Source: Bacteroidota bacterium
GTDB taxonomy: Bacteria; Bacteroidota; Ignavibacteria; UBA10030; BY39
Assembly (NCBI GenBank): GCA_030017895.1
Contig: JASEGV010000005.1
Location: 5,988-69,987 of the forward strand
Length of the DNA stretch: 64,000 bases
Reading direction: 5' to 3'
The notes beneath the pieces are model-generated. The model was not told the origin of the DNA. It saw nothing but the letters and a program-made list of their open reading frames with translations, and did no database searches. Of this stretch, positions 59,141 to 64,000 are shown in pieces (positions within the stretch are counted from its first letter, which is position 1; each line of letters starts with the position of its first letter). Made by a program: the position numbers and the translations under genes.

Positions 59141-59752
59141 ATGCCAGAAAATCAAGAAATTTCACAGGATTTAAAGAAAAATCAAATCCTCGCAGCCGCT
59201 AAACAGGTGTTTGGCAGGTTCGGATTTGCTAAAACCACACTCGATGATGTGGCAAATGCAGTCGGTATGAAAAAAGCTTCGCTCTACTATTACTACGACA
59301 GCAAGGAAGAACTTTTTAGGGATGTTGTAAAATCGGAGACGGATGAATTGGTAACAGAGTTGGAAAATAAAGTATTAACAATCACCGGTGTTCACGACCA
59401 ATTAACCATTTTTATAAAAACTCGCATCAATTATTTTCAGAAATTAATTAACCTTCATAACCTAACAGTAAATTCTATTTTAGAATTCAGACCAATATCA
59501 GAACTGCTCTACCGCGAATTTTTTGAGAAACAAATTCTGATAGTTGTAAAAATTTTTTCGGATGGACTGCAGAGAGGTGAATTGAAAAATGTTGATACCC
59601 ACAGAGCGGCGAATATATTCGTCTCGGCTATCGAATCAATCGCAACGAAAGTCCTTAGCAAAAGCAAGTCAACAAACGAAATAAATTATAAGTCTATCGA
59701 AAACGATTCGCTCTTCTTAACAGAGCTAATTATTAACGGACTTAAAAAATGA
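59141..59752 (+). CDS. TetR/AcrR-family transcriptional regulator
   Basis: N-terminal HTH ..ILAAAKQVFGRFGFAKTTLDDVANAVGMKKASLYYYY... Located upstream of the efflux operon. Confidence 0.8.
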   Translation: MPENQEISQDLKKNQILAAAKQVFGRFGFAKTTLDDVANAVGMKKASLYYYYDSKEELFRDVVKSETDELVTELENKVLTITGVHDQLTIFIKTRINYFQKLINLHNLTVNSILEFRPISELLYREFFEKQILIVVKIFSDGLQRGELKNVDTHRAANIFVSAIESIATKVLSKSKSTNEINYKSIENDSLFLTELIINGLKK

Positions 59753-59809
59753 AATAAAGTTAATGGTTAATGGTTTGATGGGCCACATACCAATAGCTAA
59801 ATAAATTGT

Positions 59810-61180
59810 ATGAACAAAATAATACAGGAGAATATCTTGAAGATAAAATGCATCATAATTCTTTTATCTTTTTTCTTAATTACAGCTACAATTATAAAAG
59901 CACAAGAGAATGTAGCAAGAAAGATAAATTTACAAACTGCTATCGAGCTTGCACTCGAACAGAATAAAGCTCTGAACATCAGTAAACTTGAAGTTGATAA
60001 AACTCATTCCAAGTTGACTGAAGCCCGCAGTAATCTGCTTCCGAAAATTAATGCAAGCGGTCAATACACTAACAACATTAAAAAGCCGGTAATATTTTTA
60101 CCGCCGGGAACACCATTCAGCAGACCGGGACAGCCGGCAATTATGGAAATCGGTTCCGACCATTCATATTCAGGAATAATTTCAGCATCACTACCGGTTT
60201 TCTCATATCCGATTTACATCGGTATGTCGATGGCAAACACTGGTAAAGATTTAGCAGAAGAAACTTTCAGAGGTACAAAATTTAAAACGATTGCAGATGT
60301 TAAAAAATCGTTCTACGGTGTATTACTATCTCGCGAAGTGAAAAACCTGATGATTGCAAGTTTGAAAAACGCAAACGATAATTTCGAGAACGTACGAAAA
60401 ATGCAAAAACAAGGTTTGGTTTCTGAATACGATTTAATCCGCGCCGAGGTTCAAGTTGAGAATGTGAAACCAATTGCACTTCAAGCTGAAAATAATTATG
60501 AACTTGCAAAGAACTCGTTCAAAATTGCATTAGGTTTAGATGCTTCAGTAAATATAGATATCGATGGCGAACTGGATTATAAACAAACCGAAACCCCAAA
60601 TTTTACGAGGACGGTAGAGGTATTAGACCAAAACAATTCTGATATAAAACAACTGCAATATCACGTAGATATCGCAAAATCGATGATAAATTTAGAACGC
60701 AGCGGACATTTACCCACACTTGCTGCTTTCGGAAATTACCAATATCAAACTCAAGCAAACGACTTAAAATTCAAAGATTATAATTGGGTAAACACGCAAT
60801 TTGTTGGACTACAATTGCAAATTCCGATTTTTAACGGTTGGGGAACTCAGGCAAAAATCGACCAAGCTAAAATTTCCTACCAGCAATTGCTTGATAGGCA
60901 AAACCTGCTGACCGAAGCGGTTAAGATTCAAGCACAAAATGTAATATACCGGATTGAACAAGGGAAAAAACGCATTGATGGACAGGATAAGGCGATTGCA
61001 CAAGCCGAACGTGGATTCGAGATTGCAAAGTCGAGATACAGCAATGGACTCGGAACTCAATTAGAAGTGAACGATGCCGAACTCGCTCTCACTCAGTCAA
61101 AGGTGAATTACTTTCAGGCAGTTTACGATTATAATTCTGCTGTTGCAGAGTTAGAACAACTTTTAGGAAATAATTTTTAA
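59810..61180 (+). CDS. TolC-family outer membrane efflux protein
   Basis: 456 aa with signal peptide. Two-repeat alpha/beta organisation with OEP-family motifs (..LTEARSNLLPKINASGQYT.., ..AELEQLLG). Confidence 0.8.
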   Translation: MNKIIQENILKIKCIIILLSFFLITATIIKAQENVARKINLQTAIELALEQNKALNISKLEVDKTHSKLTEARSNLLPKINASGQYTNNIKKPVIFLPPGTPFSRPGQPAIMEIGSDHSYSGIISASLPVFSYPIYIGMSMANTGKDLAEETFRGTKFKTIADVKKSFYGVLLSREVKNLMIASLKNANDNFENVRKMQKQGLVSEYDLIRAEVQVENVKPIALQAENNYELAKNSFKIALGLDASVNIDIDGELDYKQTETPNFTRTVEVLDQNNSDIKQLQYHVDIAKSMINLERSGHLPTLAAFGNYQYQTQANDLKFKDYNWVNTQFVGLQLQIPIFNGWGTQAKIDQAKISYQQLLDRQNLLTEAVKIQAQNVIYRIEQGKKRIDGQDKAIAQAERGFEIAKSRYSNGLGTQLEVNDAELALTQSKVNYFQAVYDYNSAVAELEQLLGNNF

Positions 61181-61190
61181 ATAGGATAAT

Positions 61191-62222
61191 ATGAGACAGA
61201 TTAATGTATTAACATCAATTTTATTCGCAGTATTATTAGTAGGATGCGGATCTAAAACAAACAACACCAACTACGAGCCGGTAATCCCGGTTGAAGTTCA
61301 TCAGGTCGGTAAAATGAAAATAGAACGGACTTTAGATTTTGCCGGAACCGTTATGGCTTGGCGTGAAACCAACTTGGGAGCTCAAACCTCAGGCAGAATC
61401 GAAAAGATTTTTGTGAAAGAAGGCGACGAAGTTAAAGAGGGGGATGTGCTAGTTCAAATGGACGATACGCAGCTAACGCAAGCACGCATTCAATGCGAAA
61501 TTGCGAAAGAAGATTTCACAAGAATGAAACCGTTGTTTGATGAAGGCTCAATATCGCCGCAGCAATTCGATAAAGTAAAAGCTGGTTACGAAACTACAAA
61601 ATCAACTTACGAATTAATTCTTCGCAACACGCAGTTACGCGCACCCTTTTCAGGAGTCATCACGGCAAAACGTATGAACGAGGGAGAAGTATTCCTGCTT
61701 GCACCGGGTGCAGGCGGGGCTCCGGCAATCGTGAACATTATGCAAATTGACGTTTTAAAAATTCTTGTTAATGTTGCCGAAAGCAACTTCCCTAACATAC
61801 GGCTCGGTCAAACGGCGGCTATCGAAGTTGATGTTTATCCCAATCAAAGTTTTTCCGGAACGGTTTCGAGAGTTGACCCCGCAATAAATCCGATGACTCG
61901 AACCTTCGCTGTTGAAGTAAAAGTTCCTAACAGTAAGCGAATTCTCAGACCGGGAATGTTTGCCCGTGTGATGATAAAAACTGGAGATATTGAGGCACTT
62001 ATAATTCCACGCAGTGCACTAATCAAACAATTGGGAACAAACATTCTGTACACATACATAATTGAAAATGATACCGCAAAACGACGTCAAGTAATTTTAG
62101 GAAAAGAGATGGATGAAATTGTTGAAGTAATTTCCGGACTTGATATCGGTAACCAACTCGTAGTCAAAGGTATGGGTCGCCTCAAGGATGGTTCACCCGC
62201 CCAAATCGTAAGTAGTAATTAA
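61191..62222 (+). CDS. Efflux RND transporter periplasmic adaptor subunit (HlyD/MFP family)
   Basis: 343 aa. Lipoprotein-like N-terminus (LLVGCGS). Biotinyl/lipoyl-like beta-hairpins (..FAGTVMAWRETNLGAQTSGRIEKIFVKEGDEVKEGDVL.. / ..LRAPFSGVIT..). Confidence 0.8.
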   Translation: MRQINVLTSILFAVLLVGCGSKTNNTNYEPVIPVEVHQVGKMKIERTLDFAGTVMAWRETNLGAQTSGRIEKIFVKEGDEVKEGDVLVQMDDTQLTQARIQCEIAKEDFTRMKPLFDEGSISPQQFDKVKAGYETTKSTYELILRNTQLRAPFSGVITAKRMNEGEVFLLAPGAGGAPAIVNIMQIDVLKILVNVAESNFPNIRLGQTAAIEVDVYPNQSFSGTVSRVDPAINPMTRTFAVEVKVPNSKRILRPGMFARVMIKTGDIEALIIPRSALIKQLGTNILYTYIIENDTAKRRQVILGKEMDEIVEVISGLDIGNQLVVKGMGRLKDGSPAQIVSSN

Positions 62223-62233
62223 AGGAGGAGTGA

Positions 62234-64000
62234 ATGAATCTCCCAAAAGTATTCGTCCGACGTCCTGTTACCACAATAATGGTATTCATGGGACTATTGA
62301 TTGTTGGAATATTTGCGCTTGTTCAACTACCGATTGATTTCTTCCCCGAGATTGAACCGCCGATAGTCAGCGTTTTAACTTCATATCCGGGCGCAAGTGC
62401 GCAGGACGTTGAAAAAAACGTTACTAAAATTTTAGAAACGAGTTTAGGCACAGTAAGCGAATTGAAAAAAATAACTTCAACTTCGATGGACAACGTGTCA
62501 GTAGTTACGCTTGAATTCGAGTGGGGAACAAATTTAGATGAGGCATCGAACAACGTGCGTGATGCACTTGAATTCGGGAAACGCCGCCTGCCCGACGATG
62601 TAGAAACACCTATGATTTTCAAGTTTAGCACAAGCTGGTTTCCCGTTGTTTTCTTATCGGCTACAGCTAACGAAAACTATCCCGGCTTAAATAAACTTAT
62701 CGAACAAAAAATAGCCGACCCACTGAAACGAGTTCCGGGCGTTGGAACTGTTCTGATGTTTGGCGGACCTATTCGGCAAATTCAGATCAATGTTGACCCG
62801 AAACGATTAGAAGCATATAACCTGACCATACAACGAATCGGTCAATCGCTGCAAGCCGAAAATATTACAATGCCAGCAGGCTCCATCAAAATGGAGCGGA
62901 TGGAATACAACATCCGCATACCGGGCGAATTTACCGATGCAAACCAGATCGCAAACATCGTTGTCGGAAAGTCGCCTACGGGTAGCAGTCTAATTTATTT
63001 GAAAGATGTTGCTGAAGTTATAGATACTTTGAAGGAACGGACTATTAACGTCCGTTTGAACGGTGGCCGTGGGCTGCAAATTATCGTGCAAAAACAATCG
63101 GGTGCCAACACAGTCGCAGTTGCTTCAGCAGTGAACAAAAAGTTGGAAGAACTTAAAAAAGACTTACCATCCGATGTTAAACTTGAACAAATTTTAGACG
63201 GCTCGGTTTTTATTTTGAATTCTATTAACAATTTGACTGAAGCAATTCTGTTAGGCGGCTTTTTCGTATCAATCGTGGTATTGGTTTTTTTACGCCAATG
63301 GAAAGCAACAATCATCATCATACTTACAATTCCATTCTCGTTGATAGTCGCATTTATCTATTTATATTTTTCTAACAATACGATAAATATTATTTCACTC
63401 TCTTCCCTATCTATTGCAATCGGAATGGTAGTTGACGATGCGATAGTTATACTCGAAAACATTTCACGGCACGTTGACCGGGGCGCCCGTCCGCGCGAGG
63501 CTTCAATTTTCGGTTCAACAGAAGTCGGTCTGGCAGTAACAGCCGCTACTCTAACAATCGTCGCAGTATTTTTTCCTCTCACCTTCTTAACAGGAATGGC
63601 GGGAATAATGTTCAAGCAGTTAGGCTATCTTGTTACAATCACAATTCTAACCTCGCTGTTCGCATCGCTGACTTTGATACCAATGCTTTCTTCTCGCTGG
63701 TTAAAATCCAAAAAAGAAGAAGAACAAAAGCCGAAGCGCTTTCTGAAATTATTTGATAATAGCGAAAAGATTTTCACCTCTGTTGAAACATTTTACGGTA
63801 AAGCCCTTGAATGGTCGTTAGACCACCGAAAATATGTTATCATCGCAGGCATAGTTATCTTCTTTGTGGTTGTCGGAAGTTTTCCGTTTCTAGGTAAAGG
63901 GACTGAGTTTATGCCCAAGAGCGATGAATCGCAAATCCAGATATATGTGGAATTGCAGACAGGCAACAATTTAGATGAAACAATAAAAACAGCAAGACAA
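62234..64000 (+). CDS. Efflux RND transporter permease (AcrB/CzcA family), N-terminal ~589 aa; continues past the window end
   Basis: Own translation from the ATG at 62234 after the strong SD AAAGGAGGAG: MNLPKVFVRRPVTTIMVFMGLLIVGIFALVQLPIDFFPEIEPPIVSVLTSYPGASAQDVE..., the canonical AcrB N-terminus. No stop to the end of the window. Not in the ORF track because it has no stop codon. Confidence 0.85.
   Translation, partial: MNLPKVFVRRPVTTIMVFMGLLIVGIFALVQLPIDFFPEIEPPIVSVLTSYPGASAQDVEKNVTKILETSLGTVSELKKITSTSMDNVSVVTLEFEWGTNLDEASNNVRDALEFGKRRLPDDVETPMIFKFSTSWFPVVFLSATANENYPGLNKLIEQKIADPLKRVPGVGTVLMFGGPIRQIQINVDPKRLEAYNLTIQRIGQSLQAENITMPAGSIKMERMEYNIRIPGEFTDANQIANIVVGKSPTGSSLIYLKDVAEVIDTLKERTINVRLNGGRGLQIIVQKQSGANTVAVASAVNKKLEELKKDLPSDVKLEQILDGSVFILNSINNLTEAILLGGFFVSIVVLVFLRQWKATIIIILTIPFSLIVAFIYLYFSNNTINIISLSSLSIAIGMVVDDAIVILENISRHVDRGARPREASIFGSTEVGLAVTAATLTIVAVFFPLTFLTGMAGIMFKQLGYLVTITILTSLFASLTLIPMLSSRWLKSKKEEEQKPKRFLKLFDNSEKIFTSVETFYGKALEWSLDHRKYVIIAGIVIFFVVVGSFPFLGKGTEFMPKSDESQIQIYVELQTGNNLDETIKTARQ

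Noticed and set aside
1-64000. tRNA, rRNA, tmRNA, RNase P genes
   Set aside because: No intergenic segment has tRNA-like acceptor/T-arm signatures (GGTTCGAATCC-type) or rRNA-like conservation. None called.

Overview
Low-GC (about 38%) segment from an FCB-group bacterium with a type IX secretion system (T9SS). It uses sigma70-like TTGACA/TAnnAT promoters and AGGAG Shine-Dalgarno sites, so it is not a Bacteroidia-type organism. It may be Ignavibacteria/Chlorobi-like, but that is a guess. The window has three blocks. (1) 1-17 kb, + strand: a polysaccharide/O-antigen-type locus (Wzx-like flippases, methyltransferase, GT2/GT4 glycosyltransferases, Wzy-like polymerase, WbaP-like priming sugar transferase, DegT aminotransferase, and a GT2 fused to a degenerate sugar-transferase domain), followed by housekeeping genes accA, a YbgC-like thioesterase, a Trm112-like mini-ORF, nadC, DUF1385 and prfA. 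(2) 17.3-45.5 kb, all on the - strand: a 28-kb island of ten genes for large secreted proteins. Seven of them end in the type-A T9SS C-terminal sorting domain (..NYPNPFNP..) and contain BNR/Asp-box propellers, FN3 arrays, a parallel beta-helix with SdrD-B-like domains, or a novel repeated 'HPNAT' module. Embedded in this island is a chaperone-usher-like triad: a 187-aa pilin-like protein, a 279-aa PapD-like periplasmic chaperone and an 857-aa usher-like outer-membrane protein. It has its own sigma70 promoter, an SD site, a pilin|chaperone attenuator hairpin and a chaperone/usher TAATG start-stop overlap. This triad is the strongest candidate for an undescribed system. (3) 46-64 kb: a shikimate cluster (aroC, aroA, an aroD-aroE fusion, aroB) carrying an inserted GxxExxY (PDDEXK_3) gene; a decayed islet (truncated GxxExxY gene plus HTH fragment); an MmeI-like single-chain Type IIG restriction-modification gene carrying an in-frame 96-bp palindromic insertion; divergent uvrA; and a TetR-TolC-MFP-RND efflux operon. 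A 99-134-bp MITE-like element with 13-bp terminal inverted repeats and 7-8-bp target-site duplications occurs five times. One copy supplies the uvrA stop codon and one truncates a gene. No tRNA, rRNA or CRISPR array was seen.
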